A stretch of DNA of 64,000 nucleotides, taken from Candidatus Staskawiczbacteria bacterium. Lineage in GTDB: Bacteria; Patescibacteriota; Minisyncoccia; Minisyncoccales; Staskawiczbacteraceae. The translations under genes were made by a program, and so were the position numbers. Of the stretch, positions 23,462 to 32,716 are shown one piece after another; the first letter of the stretch is position 1, and each line of letters opens with the position of its first letter. The notes beneath the pieces were generated by a model. The model searched no databases. It had not been told where the DNA came from and saw only the letters and a program-made list of their open reading frames with translations. The stretch covers positions 65,299 through 129,298 of the forward strand of contig JAPLYZ010000012.1 in the NCBI GenBank assembly GCA_026395295.1. Reading direction: 5' to 3'.

Positions 23462-24868
23462 ATGGAAGAATCTGAAAAAGTAAATTTCTCTGATTTTGTT
23501 AAGTGGACTCCCAAACAACGAGAGGCAGATTTGGCAACAAAGAATTACAAATATATTTTATATGGCGGAGCTATGGGAGGAGGCAAGAGTTATTGGTTGC
23601 GCTGGGAGGGAATAAAATTGTTAATGTATTATTGGGGAAAATATAAATTAAGCGGTGTGATGGTTGGTTTATTTTGCGAAGATTATCCGGCATTGAAAGA
23701 TAGGCATTTGAGCAAAGTTAAATTTGAGTTTCCAACTTGGCTTGGCACATATTCAGCGCAAGACCATAATTTTATTTTATCCTCTGATTACGGCGGAGGG
23801 ATATTGGGATTTAGAAACCTTGACGATGTTTCAAAATATCAGTCGTCAGAGTTTGCGGCCGAATTGGTTGATGAGCTTACAAAAAACGATAAAGAGACGT
23901 TTGATTTTTTAAGAACCCGATTAAGGTGGCCCGGAATTGAAGATACAAAGTTTCTTGCCGGAACCAACCCGGGAGGAATCGGACACGTGTGGGTTAAAAA
24001 TATGTGGATTGATAAAAAGTTTGACGACAACGAGCAAGAGAAAGATAAGTTTGCTTTTATACAAGCAAAGGCCGCGGATAATCCGCATATCGCACAGAGT
24101 TATTATAAATCGCTTGAGAGTTTGCCTGAGGGGCTACGCAAGGCTTTTCTTGAGGGAGATTGGGATTTATTCAAAGGGCAGTTTTTTGGTGAATGGAGAC
24201 GCAATATACACGTCTGCAAGCCCTTTCAGATACCGAGCGACTGGAAGAAATTTGTTTGCGGAGATTATGGATTTGCTAAACCTGCGGCAGTTTATTGGAA
24301 CGCAGTCAGTCCGGACGGAGTAATTTATATCTATCGAGAACTTTATTGCATAGAGCATACTTTTTCAGATTTAGCCAAAAAGATTATTGCAATGACTCCC
24401 GAATCAGAAGAACTTAAGTATTGGGTGTTTGATCCGAGCATTTGGTCAAAGAAAGGAGAATCGGAGTTATCCGGAGCTGAAATAATGCAAAGTGTTTATC
24501 GGGAGATAATGAAAAAGTCATTGATGCTTTTGCAGGGAAACAATGACAGGATTAACGGCGCGCGGGTGTTTAGGGAATACTTGAAACCATATTTGCAAGA
24601 GGAAATGATTACGGCCAAGTTGCAGGTGTTTGAGAATTGTATGGAGTTTATAAGAACCGTGCCGGCATTAGTTTATGACGCAACAAAAGTTGAGGATTGC
24701 GACACCGACGGAGAAGATCATTCATATGACAGCGAAAGATATGGTTTAATGTCGGCTCCGACTCCGGCCATTACTTCTGATAAGTTGAAACAAAAATTAT
24801 TTAACGAAAGAATGAGAAGAAATAAAGAACGCAACAAATCAAAGAATAAATTTTTTAGAATGGTATGA
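23462..24868 (+). CDS. terL: Terminase large subunit
   Basis: Walker A ILYGGAMGGGKSYW, Walker B-like AAELVDELT, C-terminal nuclease region with acidic motifs (CGDYGF, DTDGEDHSYD); 468 aa. Confidence 0.9.
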   Translation: MEESEKVNFSDFVKWTPKQREADLATKNYKYILYGGAMGGGKSYWLRWEGIKLLMYYWGKYKLSGVMVGLFCEDYPALKDRHLSKVKFEFPTWLGTYSAQDHNFILSSDYGGGILGFRNLDDVSKYQSSEFAAELVDELTKNDKETFDFLRTRLRWPGIEDTKFLAGTNPGGIGHVWVKNMWIDKKFDDNEQEKDKFAFIQAKAADNPHIAQSYYKSLESLPEGLRKAFLEGDWDLFKGQFFGEWRRNIHVCKPFQIPSDWKKFVCGDYGFAKPAAVYWNAVSPDGVIYIYRELYCIEHTFSDLAKKIIAMTPESEELKYWVFDPSIWSKKGESELSGAEIMQSVYREIMKKSLMLLQGNNDRINGARVFREYLKPYLQEEMITAKLQVFENCMEFIRTVPALVYDATKVEDCDTDGEDHSYDSERYGLMSAPTPAITSDKLKQKLFNERMRRNKERNKSKNKFFRMV

Positions 24869-25089
24869 AAAATTATAAACCAACAAAAAAAGAAACATTT
24901 ATTGTCGGAAAAATATTTGCTGATTTGAAACGCGCAAAGTCAGTTAAGTGTAAAAACAAAATAAAAGAAATTTATTGTAATTTAGATTTTGAAAAATTAA
25001 CGGAGACACAGCAAAAGGTTGTAGATAAACTTTATAATATGCTTTTAGATCAAAGATATTTAACTTACTTGCTACCATTTAAAAAATGA
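24865..25089 (+). CDS. Hypothetical phage protein
   Basis: 74-aa ORF; start overlaps the terL stop (ATGA). Confidence 0.45.
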   Translation: MKNYKPTKKETFIVGKIFADLKRAKSVKCKNKIKEIYCNLDFEKLTETQQKVVDKLYNMLLDQRYLTYLLPFKK

Positions 25090-25313
25090 TAAGCATAGAT
25101 TTTAATGACAAAGAAGCACAGCAACTTCTCGCATTGTTTGCGGCGAAGTTCTTTGAATTAGAGGGAGAAGTTTTAATTTATAAAGAAAAACAAACCGGCG
25201 TAATTAGATTTATAAAACAACCGCGACCAAAAAAAGAAGATATTATTTTGTATGACAAAAGCAGAGTAACAAAGGGAAATAAAAAAACAGCACTTGACAA
25301 GATTGTTGGATAA
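25086..25313 (+). CDS. Hypothetical phage protein
   Basis: 75-aa ORF; start overlaps the upstream stop. Confidence 0.45.
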   Translation: MISIDFNDKEAQQLLALFAAKFFELEGEVLIYKEKQTGVIRFIKQPRPKKEDIILYDKSRVTKGNKKTALDKIVG

Positions 25314-25323
25314 GAAGTAAAAT
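25294..25323 (+). promoter_or_regulatory. Near-consensus sigma70 promoter inside the 3' end of ORF 25086..25313
   Basis: TTGACA (25294-25299), 18-nt spacer, TAAAAT (25318-25323). Confidence 0.45.
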
Positions 25324-25329
25324 AAGATA

Positions 25330-25434
25330 ATTTAATAAAATTGTTTGCCTCCGCTTGGAAGAGCCACTCGGCTCTCGCCCAAAGGGGCTTCGAAAGACAC
25401 TGAAGTAATCGGTGCTTTTCGAAGCCCCTTTTTT
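25330..25434 (+). ncRNA. Candidate ~105-nt terminated transcript (sRNA, or antitermination-controlled leader of the portal/head operon)
   Basis: Lies between the promoter above and a strong intrinsic terminator; contains hairpin AGAGCC-actc-GGCTCT; no plausible ORF. Confidence 0.35.
25384..25434 (+). terminator. Strong intrinsic terminator 15 nt upstream of the portal start
   Basis: 12-bp stem GGGGCTTCGAAA/TTTCGAAGCCCC (25384-25395 / 25417-25428) followed by TTTTTT. Confidence 0.7.
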
Positions 25435-25449
25435 GTTTGTATAAAACTT

Positions 25450-27495
25450 ATGCAAAACTATAAAAAGGTAAAAAAACAAAAACCACAACAGCAACAAAAG
25501 GCTCCGGCGAAAACGCAGGAACAGATTGAGGCCGAAGAAATAAGGATAGCGGCGATGTACAAACCATCAGACACCGAAAAAGAAAAGGTGTCTTTTATTT
25601 ATAAAGAATTTGAAGAGATGATTTCTGTCCGGAATGAAAACTATACTCAATTTAATAATATGGGTTTGTTAGAGTTTATTGAAAACTCACGATTGAGAGT
25701 GCAAGGATTTGTGCCGGGCAAAGAAGAACAGGGCAAAGAGGACTGGCAGGCCAATGTTTTTAATCAAGGCACAAGAAATAAATTAAAAGCGTTTGTTGCC
25801 GCAGTTGCCAGCACGCCTCCCCAAACACCAATTCGCGCGAGAAATATCAAAGACGGAAGTTATGACGAAGCAAGGTCAGAGTATATGGAAAATCTTGTGA
25901 ACTACGCAAGGTCTCATTCCAATCCGGAAGTAGAAATCTTTTGGGAAGCGTGGCAAGGAGCAACGGAGGGAACAATTATAAAATACAATGGTTATTTAAA
26001 ATCAACACAGAAAAGAAAGTTTATAAAATCATACAACTTCAACACTGGAGAGATGACCTTTGACGAAAAGGAAGTTGTAGTCAATGACGAATGCGTTGAT
26101 GCGTTTGTTCCGTTGAGGGAATTATTTATAAAAAATATTTACATTCACGATATTCAGGCACAGCCGGCAATTGCTTGGGCAAGGAATGTTGACAGAGCAA
26201 CAGCCGAATTGGAATTTGGCAGATACCCGAATTGGAAAAATGTTCACGGCAAAAACTCTGAACGTATTTCAAACGAGATGGCGGACTTCTTCCGCGATAG
26301 AGTTGATGACGAAGAGTACGAGATTTTAAAATACTACAACAAGGCAAGGGATCAGTACAGCGTTGTGATTAACGGAGTTTTGGTTTTAGACACGCCATTG
26401 CTTTGGGGTCTTTATAAAAAGTATTATCCTTTTGCAAAATCAATCTGCGAACCGTTTAATGGCAGAGAATTCTTTTATGGCAACTCGATACCGAACGCCA
26501 ATATGGACGTTCAGGACACTATAAACAAGCTTTATAATATGTCGCTCGACAAAACCTATCGCTCGCTTTCTCCGCAAAGATTGATTGGAAATGTAAACAA
26601 AGATTTGCTGGAAATGGAGAACGAGGAAATGGGTATGGATAAAGACGTTTATGTTGCTGATGTCGCGCAAGTTAAGTGGCAGGAAGCCCCGGGCATAAAT
26701 AATTCTGAAATGGCAATGATTAAATGGGTTGGCCAGCAATTCGACTTGGGCATTGTTGATTCAACACAGCAAGGTGTTGCCGGAAGAGGCGTAACAGCGA
26801 GGGAAATTGTCATTGCAAACGAGAATGCAAAGAAAATAAAAGGAATGTTCTTTGTGTTCTTGGCTGATTTGTGGAGGCAGAAAACACAACTTACGGTTTT
26901 GAATATTTTAATGCACTATCCTGTTGCCAAGATTAAAGATGTTATCGGGGCAGAAGGAGCAAAATCAGTTCAAGAAACCTACCCGACTTATTATGTCCGC
27001 AACTCAAAGTTTCCAAACGGGCAGAGAGGCACTCTTGCAATTCAGATCGTCAAAGACAAGGCTTCTCTCCCAACCAAAAATGAATTAGACATCGAGGAAG
27101 AACTAATGAAGCTCAAAGGAATGAGTTATACAAAGGTGGCAATCACCAAAGATTATTTTGCCGACTACGAATATGAACCGGAAGTTGTAACAGACACTCT
27201 ATACCAGCAGGATTTGGCAGAAATGCAGGCCACATTCACAGAGAAGTTGAGAATAATGATGCTGGCTTTCCCTGATATTTATCAGCAGAATATAAAGGTT
27301 TTGTTCCAAGATTTCTTGAAAGCATACAAAGATAAGGAGGGTAAATACAATTTAGAACCCTTACCACAAGCACCAGTTGCCCCTACAACGCCAGTCGGCC
27401 CCGGTCAACCAGTAGGAATGAAGACAGGACAGGCAACAGCCTCACCAATCGCAAATCCTGCCCTTACTGGGCCAACAAAAGTCGGAGGAGGGTAA
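25450..27495 (+). CDS. Putative portal protein
   Basis: 681 aa. It is the first large gene after the terminase. Internal ATG 25450 chosen because track start 25345 reads through the terminator hairpin. Pro/Gly-rich C-terminal tail. Confidence 0.6.
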   Translation: MQNYKKVKKQKPQQQQKAPAKTQEQIEAEEIRIAAMYKPSDTEKEKVSFIYKEFEEMISVRNENYTQFNNMGLLEFIENSRLRVQGFVPGKEEQGKEDWQANVFNQGTRNKLKAFVAAVASTPPQTPIRARNIKDGSYDEARSEYMENLVNYARSHSNPEVEIFWEAWQGATEGTIIKYNGYLKSTQKRKFIKSYNFNTGEMTFDEKEVVVNDECVDAFVPLRELFIKNIYIHDIQAQPAIAWARNVDRATAELEFGRYPNWKNVHGKNSERISNEMADFFRDRVDDEEYEILKYYNKARDQYSVVINGVLVLDTPLLWGLYKKYYPFAKSICEPFNGREFFYGNSIPNANMDVQDTINKLYNMSLDKTYRSLSPQRLIGNVNKDLLEMENEEMGMDKDVYVADVAQVKWQEAPGINNSEMAMIKWVGQQFDLGIVDSTQQGVAGRGVTAREIVIANENAKKIKGMFFVFLADLWRQKTQLTVLNILMHYPVAKIKDVIGAEGAKSVQETYPTYYVRNSKFPNGQRGTLAIQIVKDKASLPTKNELDIEEELMKLKGMSYTKVAITKDYFADYEYEPEVVTDTLYQQDLAEMQATFTEKLRIMMLAFPDIYQQNIKVLFQDFLKAYKDKEGKYNLEPLPQAPVAPTTPVGPGQPVGMKTGQATASPIANPALTGPTKVGGG

Positions 27496-27513
27496 ATATA
27501 ATTAAAACAATTT

Positions 27514-27888
27514 ATGAAGCTATTTATAATTCGCGTTCTTTTGCGGCTTCTCCACATTGAGTTAAGTCCGATAGACGCAAAGAGGGTAAAGATGTTTTTA
27601 TGGACAGCTTACCCCCAACAAGGCTTTCAGGATTATATCAAAGAGCGTGATATGTCGATCCTGCAAGAAATGGGGAATGGGCTTACCCGTGAAGATTATC
27701 TTATCAAATTAGGGCAGAGGATAGAGATTGGAATGTTAAAATCTCAATCCAAAGTGTCCTTTGAAAGAATTGAACGGGAGAGACAGGACAAAATTGAGGC
27801 AATGAAAATTCAGGCAGAGAAGAGAGCAAAGGAAGCGAAGAAAGAACAGCTCAAAAAAGGTGAAGACACTGAAAACAAAACAGATTAA
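27514..27888 (+). CDS. Hypothetical head-module protein
   Basis: 124-aa ORF with a charged coiled-coil-like C-terminus. Confidence 0.45.
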   Translation: MKLFIIRVLLRLLHIELSPIDAKRVKMFLWTAYPQQGFQDYIKERDMSILQEMGNGLTREDYLIKLGQRIEIGMLKSQSKVSFERIERERQDKIEAMKIQAEKRAKEAKKEQLKKGEDTENKTD

Positions 27889-28336
27889 CTTCGCAGTCGC
27901 TTGGTCTTTCTTAAAATCAATTCCGCCCAAAGAGTATGACTCAATGATGGATATTGAAAGGTCAGTGGAGATTGTAAACAAACTGGCTGAAGCAATACCG
28001 GAATTCGTTGAGCATAAGAAAGCCGGAGAAGATTTTAACAAAAAGATTATAAGAGACGAGATTAAGGACGAAACAGAGGGAGACAAGGTTATTAAGACTG
28101 CCGGACAACAGATTCAAGAATGGCACGAAGCATACGATAAAAAGACAGACCAGCTTGGGGATAAACAGGGAAACGAGGTTGCAGAGGTAGAGTTTGATGA
28201 TGCGGTATTCAACACATTCTTCCAATTCTGCAACAACAAAAAATGGGGAGCAAAGACTTGGTTTAATGCGGTGCCGGATTATCTCGGGTTCTTACAGGAC
28301 TTGAACAAGGCAAACCAACAGCCAAAAGACAGATAG
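27860..28336 (+). CDS. Phage protein, paralogue A of 32717..33142
   Basis: The GTG start is supported by the paralogue alignment (MKTLKTKQINFAVAW versus MKSLTSKTINFFICW). Both share VEF.(D/N)..FNTFFQ..W.(K)(T/D)WF. Confidence 0.6.
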   Translation: MKTLKTKQINFAVAWSFLKSIPPKEYDSMMDIERSVEIVNKLAEAIPEFVEHKKAGEDFNKKIIRDEIKDETEGDKVIKTAGQQIQEWHEAYDKKTDQLGDKQGNEVAEVEFDDAVFNTFFQFCNNKKWGAKTWFNAVPDYLGFLQDLNKANQQPKDR

Positions 28337-28368
28337 AAGTTCATTACAATTAAATGGAAAGTTGCTCG

Positions 28369-28434
28369 GGAGCTTATACCTCTGCATAGATATTACAGAA
28401 TCTTGCATAGATATAAGCTCCTTAAGAGGAGCTT
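28369..28434 (+). promoter_or_regulatory. Attenuator-like alternative hairpins plus 21-bp-spaced direct repeats upstream of the scaffold-like gene
   Basis: GGAGCTTATA (28369-28378) pairs with TATAAGCTCC (28412-28421). The overlapping AAGCTCCT (28415-28422) pairs with AGGAGCTT (28427-28434) through loop TAAG. TGCATAGATAT occurs at 28383 and 28404. Confidence 0.4.
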
Positions 28435-28480
28435 TTCTCATAAGAAGGTGAGCGGCCTTTTAAAAAACGCTTTAAAACCT

Positions 28481-29113
28481 ATGAGTGAAGAAAAAAAAGA
28501 CTTAAAACCGGGTGGAGAACAACCACCTGCCGGCTCTGGTCAAGACGATAAAGATAAAAAATCAACCGAGCAGTCGAAAGACGACACGGTACAAATATCC
28601 AAGTCCGAACTGGAACAGATCAAGAAAGATAGAGATAACTATCGCGAGGGAGTAATAGCTTCTAAGCGTAAGGGTCGAACTATCCCTGGGTCTGAACCCC
28701 AAGTCAAAAAGGACAAACCTGCCAACGACGGCGGAGATGCCGGTGACGATGACGACTCGCAAGAGTTTGTCACCAAAAAAGACTTTACCAAAAATATTGA
28801 GAAGTCTGCAATCAAGGAAGCGCAAAAGGATTCTGAAGTTGATGAGAACTGGGACTCTATAATGGAGTTTTACCAACCTCGTCACGGAAAGGATACTGTT
28901 GACGATATTCTTGCTGATATACAGACTGCCAAAAAAGTTTGGAAAGCCGAAAATCCGACGGCACCCAAAACCGATAAGGGAGAGGGTGATTCCAAAGTAG
29001 CCGCAGATTTAGCCGCTGACAAGGGTATAGGAGAGGGCAAGGATAAAAAACCAACTCCGGAAAAGAAATCTATTCTTAGAAATAAGAAAGTTCCTATGAA
29101 GGATTGGTATTAG
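28481..29113 (+). CDS. Putative scaffolding protein
   Basis: Highly charged, low-complexity 210-aa protein (K/D/E-rich) between portal and capsid genes; ATG 28481 inside track ORF 28403..29113. Confidence 0.45.
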   Translation: MSEEKKDLKPGGEQPPAGSGQDDKDKKSTEQSKDDTVQISKSELEQIKKDRDNYREGVIASKRKGRTIPGSEPQVKKDKPANDGGDAGDDDDSQEFVTKKDFTKNIEKSAIKEAQKDSEVDENWDSIMEFYQPRHGKDTVDDILADIQTAKKVWKAENPTAPKTDKGEGDSKVAADLAADKGIGEGKDKKPTPEKKSILRNKKVPMKDWY

Positions 29114-29131
29114 TAATTAAACAAAATACAA

Positions 29132-29536
29132 ATGTTCAAACCGATACAATTCGATTCAGGTAAACTTTTGTCGTGTCCAGTTGGATCAACCCAAACAATC
29201 GCCAAGGGTGATGCTTTGATTTGGTCTTCTGGTTTATTGGTTGTAGCAACCAACACTTCGTTAGATATTTTCGCTATCGCTATGCAAGATTCTGCCTCTC
29301 AAGCTTCAGGAACACTTATTTTAGTGTTGCCAGTTGCCGGAGTTAGATTTGAAGCAGACACCGATGACGTAGTTTCTACCGTTGATAGAGGATGTTACGC
29401 CGATTTAGCAACACTCGCAACCGTTAATCCGGATGCAACAACCTATAAGGTTTTCTTAATTGACGAGATTGTTGGCACAGTAGAAGTTACCAAAATTGTT
29501 AGAGGAACATTTTGTAGGTTAAAAGCCGCCACATAA
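29132..29536 (+). CDS. Small head protein (possible decoration/cement protein)
   Basis: 134-aa beta-rich protein directly upstream of the capsid gene; positional inference. Confidence 0.35.
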   Translation: MFKPIQFDSGKLLSCPVGSTQTIAKGDALIWSSGLLVVATNTSLDIFAIAMQDSASQASGTLILVLPVAGVRFEADTDDVVSTVDRGCYADLATLATVNPDATTYKVFLIDEIVGTVEVTKIVRGTFCRLKAAT

Positions 29537-29538
29537 CT

Positions 29539-30507
29539 ATGATTACAGCAAAAGATTTTCCATCTTTAACCGATGACTTGCAGTCCATTTTTAATGAGAC
29601 AGCAAAATCAAAGGTTGCCAATATGCAGTCAAGTAAGATTTTTAATGTGTTTGACACAGATCGTTTAACATACGACCATCTTATTTTGCACGGCGTATCG
29701 GGTATTCAACGTGTTGCGGACGGCGCAGACCTACCGAGGATAAATAGTGAAGAGGGAGACACAGTAACTTGGACACAAGATTACTATGGCGCAATCTTTG
29801 GCGTAACCAAAAAAATGAGGAAATTTGATTTGCACGATCAAATCTCACAACTTCCAAAAACTTTGGTTGAAGACGCTTTCGACAAGATTGAGCAGAGTTT
29901 AGCAGATGTTCTGTTAAATGGTTTCTCCGCCAGCAACTATGCTGATGTCTATGGTGCCTCAGTTGCGGCAGTCGGCCCGGATGGGCTTGCACTGTTCAGC
30001 ACTGTCCACTCCAACAACATCAACTCCAACACGTTCTCTAACATAATTACTTCGAATCCTGCTTTATCAAGGCAGGCCGTTATAACCGCAAGAACACAGG
30101 GTAGAACACACAAAGACCCGAATGGTATTAAAAGACCAATCAATCTCGACACTCTCATTGTGCCAGTAGCACTTGAAGATTTAGCCGAGAGGATACTGAA
30201 CTCCGACTTAATGCCGGGTTCCTCTTACAACGATATAAATTCGTTGAAAGGAAAAGTAACCACATTGATTGTTTGGGAGTGTTTAGACACTCGTACCGAC
30301 GGGACTGACACATCAGCATATTGGTTTATGGCAGATTCAAGCAAAGTAGGCGAGAGCTTGCAATGTTTGTTTGCAGAAAGACCAACGCTCGATGCACCCG
30401 ATGAAATTTATAGTAATAAAAACTGGGATTATTCCTGTGATTTTTATTACGCAATCGGGAGAGGTTACCCAGCGTACATCTTCGGTTCCAACGCTTCAGG
30501 TAGTTAA
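29539..30507 (+). CDS. Putative major capsid protein
   Basis: 322 aa; follows the scaffold and small head protein; followed by a long hairpin, as is typical for a highly expressed capsid gene. Confidence 0.55.
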   Translation: MITAKDFPSLTDDLQSIFNETAKSKVANMQSSKIFNVFDTDRLTYDHLILHGVSGIQRVADGADLPRINSEEGDTVTWTQDYYGAIFGVTKKMRKFDLHDQISQLPKTLVEDAFDKIEQSLADVLLNGFSASNYADVYGASVAAVGPDGLALFSTVHSNNINSNTFSNIITSNPALSRQAVITARTQGRTHKDPNGIKRPINLDTLIVPVALEDLAERILNSDLMPGSSYNDINSLKGKVTTLIVWECLDTRTDGTDTSAYWFMADSSKVGESLQCLFAERPTLDAPDEIYSNKNWDYSCDFYYAIGRGYPAYIFGSNASGS

Positions 30508-30514
30508 TAACTAA

Positions 30515-30565
30515 CTTGTGATTAGTCGTCTGCCGGATTTATGTCCGGCAACGATTAACCACAAG
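30515..30565 (+). terminator. Long imperfect hairpin after the capsid gene
   Basis: CTTGTGATTAGTCGTCTGCCGGA ... TCCGGCAACGATTAACCACAAG, ~20 bp paired with 3 mismatches or bulges; no U-tract. Confidence 0.4.
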
Positions 30566-30566
30566 T

Positions 30567-30584
30567 AAAGGTCGCATTATAAAC
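30567..30584 (+). promoter_or_regulatory. Copy 2 of the phage intergenic motif
   Basis: AAAGGTCGCATTATAAAC, 18 nt before ATG 30602. Confidence 0.35.
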
Positions 30585-30601
30585 CAATTAAAAATAAAAT
30601 T

Positions 30602-30838
30602 ATGTCAATAAATTGGCCCAAATTAGTAAATCAAGGTAGAGCAAAAGCAATCGGGGTGTCTTGGACAGAGGAAGAGGCTGTTGCGATTTCAAAATGCGCT
30701 CCCGCAGAAAGGGAAGCATTGATTGCGGAATTGAGAGGTCAACCATCCGGAAAAGTTGAGGGACAAGTGGCACAACCAACAAGTGTGCCTGCGACTCCAG
30801 CACCGGTCAAGGTTAAAAAACCTCGAGTAAAGAAATAA
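30602..30838 (+). CDS. Hypothetical phage structural-module protein
   Basis: 78-aa ORF. Confidence 0.45.
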   Translation: MSINWPKLVNQGRAKAIGVSWTEEEAVAISKCAPAEREALIAELRGQPSGKVEGQVAQPTSVPATPAPVKVKKPRVKK

Positions 30839-30991
30839 ACCAGTGAGGTGGCCAACCTCGTTAAAAACCAAGTTTTATAAAATAACATTTCAAATCGGCG
30901 ATACCAAGAAAGGACATCAACGGCGCAAGTTGATTCTTGCACAACCTGATATATGTTCATTCCGTTAAACCGAGATTGAAATAAAAACAAA

Positions 30992-31963
30992 ATGGATAAT
31001 TTTCCATATGGAGTAGCCAGTCAGGGCATACCGCTTATGGGCGGAGGAATGCCAACAACATCTGGCAAATATATTTTCGTTGATGCCTCCAATGGTTCAG
31101 ACGGAAATGATGGTCTGTCGCAAGACCAAGCCTTTAAGACCGTTGCAAAAGCATATTCGATTGCAAGGTCAAACAAGGACGACGTTATTGTGTTAAGCAC
31201 TTATGCTGACCACAATTTAACAGCAATGGTAAACATCACAAAGAACAGAGTTCACTTTTGTTCCTACGATGTCTATGGCCGATTATACGGTCAAAGAGCC
31301 AAAGTTATATTGCCGGTTTTGACAACGGCATTGGCGGCAAATGTGTTTGCTGTTAAAAATACCGGAATTGGTAATACTTTTACCGGTATTAAATTTATAA
31401 GCAACAATACCGAAGCGGCAACTGTTGCCGTTTTAGGAGAGGGTGGGGAATACGCATCTTACAGGAATTGTGAATTTTACAGTCCAGTAAGATTAAATTC
31501 TGATACCCAAGCTGAAATGGTGTTGAATGGAGATTCAACGCAATTTTTCAACTGCACATTCGGTTCGTTAGCCGATGCAGTTGTGGGAGATAAAGTCAGA
31601 CCTGCAATTTTATTAACCGCAGGAACGGTTGATGCAGGGAAAGTTTGCAGAGATGTTTATTTCGACAACTGCAGATTTTGGAAACAAGCCGGTGGAACAA
31701 CCACTGCTATGGTTAAAGCGACCACTGCCGTTGATGTAGAAAGAGTTATGGAGTTCCACGATTGTCACTTTATTGCCAATCCATTGGGTTCTACTCCAGC
31801 AGTTGCTATTGCTTGCGCCGCTTCTTTGACGGTTGGAATTATTTACTTAACAGGAGATACTGCCGCAGTCAAATGCACTGCTTTGGCTACTGCAACAGGA
31901 ATATTTGCCGCATTGAATGTTAAGGCCGCCGCAACTCATATAGCATTACAGTCAACCAATTAA
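30992..31963 (+). CDS. Right-handed beta-helix (pectin-lyase-fold-like) structural protein
   Basis: N-terminus IFVDASNGSDGNDGLSQDQAFKTVAKAYSIARSNKDDVIVL resembles the cap of pectate-lyase-fold proteins; repetitive N/G/T/V-rich body. Confidence 0.4.
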   Translation: MDNFPYGVASQGIPLMGGGMPTTSGKYIFVDASNGSDGNDGLSQDQAFKTVAKAYSIARSNKDDVIVLSTYADHNLTAMVNITKNRVHFCSYDVYGRLYGQRAKVILPVLTTALAANVFAVKNTGIGNTFTGIKFISNNTEAATVAVLGEGGEYASYRNCEFYSPVRLNSDTQAEMVLNGDSTQFFNCTFGSLADAVVGDKVRPAILLTAGTVDAGKVCRDVYFDNCRFWKQAGGTTTAMVKATTAVDVERVMEFHDCHFIANPLGSTPAVAIACAASLTVGIIYLTGDTAAVKCTALATATGIFAALNVKAAATHIALQSTN

Positions 31964-32038
31964 TCCTTGTGAGATTACAGTTCTCTCCGGCTCTCTGTAA
32001 AAGAGCCGGATAAGCAAAATAAATTTAACAACAAATCT

Positions 32039-32245
32039 ATGCCAAAAGCATTTGACGATTGTGTAGCCAATGGCGGTTCGGTCAAAACCATTGTGCCTGA
32101 ACCCGGAAAATATTTGCACGTTTGCTATCCAAAAGGTGGCGGAGCGTCTATTGCCGGGGATGTTAAGACCGTAAAGGCTGGGTCTATGCCAAAACCAGCT
32201 CAAAAGTCGAAGTCAAAAATGAAATTCTTAAAGAAAGGAAAATAA
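32039..32245 (+). CDS. Hypothetical small basic protein
   Basis: 68-aa ORF. Confidence 0.4.
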   Translation: MPKAFDDCVANGGSVKTIVPEPGKYLHVCYPKGGGASIAGDVKTVKAGSMPKPAQKSKSKMKFLKKGK

Positions 32246-32246
32246 A

Positions 32247-32684
32247 ATGACAGATACACTTATTCAAGTTTCTCGCCAACACGCCGAGCCGGAAGGAATT
32301 GTTGAGGTTGTAAAACCAGTAAATGCAATTACTGCAACAAATACACCGGTTGCTGTGCCTTGCGCGGGAGCCAAAAAAATTGCCATTCAGTTGACAGAAG
32401 CCGGGTCTGTAAATAATAGGTCTGGCGTTTTGACAATTACGGTTTCTTTGGACGGTGGAACAACTTTTCAAGCATATTCAATGCTTGTGAGCAACGCCGC
32501 CAATACAAACGGACAAACTCTTACAAGAGTTGCGTCGATTACAAGAGCGTCAGCAGGAACAGATATTTGTTTTTTAACGCCGGAGACTCTTGGTGCAATA
32601 ACTCACATTAAAACGACCGTGACGATTACCGACGGCGCAACACCGGCCGGAATATTTACGGTTATAGCGGCAATTCAATATTAA
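32247..32684 (+). CDS. Hypothetical beta-rich structural protein
   Basis: 145-aa ORF, 1-nt gap from the upstream gene. Confidence 0.5.
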   Translation: MTDTLIQVSRQHAEPEGIVEVVKPVNAITATNTPVAVPCAGAKKIAIQLTEAGSVNNRSGVLTITVSLDGGTTFQAYSMLVSNAANTNGQTLTRVASITRASAGTDICFLTPETLGAITHIKTTVTITDGATPAGIFTVIAAIQY

Positions 32685-32700
32685 AGGTCGAATTATAAAC
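32683..32700 (+). promoter_or_regulatory. Copy 3 of the phage intergenic motif
   Basis: AAAGGTCGAATTATAAAC overlapping the upstream stop codon, 17 nt before ATG 32717. Confidence 0.35.
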
Positions 32701-32716
32701 AGTAAAAACTAAAAAA

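Noticed and set aside
25345-25449. Upstream starts for the portal gene (25345), and likewise for the scaffold-like gene (28403) and integrase (59281)
   Set aside because: Each extension is translated from promoter, hairpin or terminator DNA and uses non-ATG or poorly placed starts. Internal ATGs give sensible N-termini.
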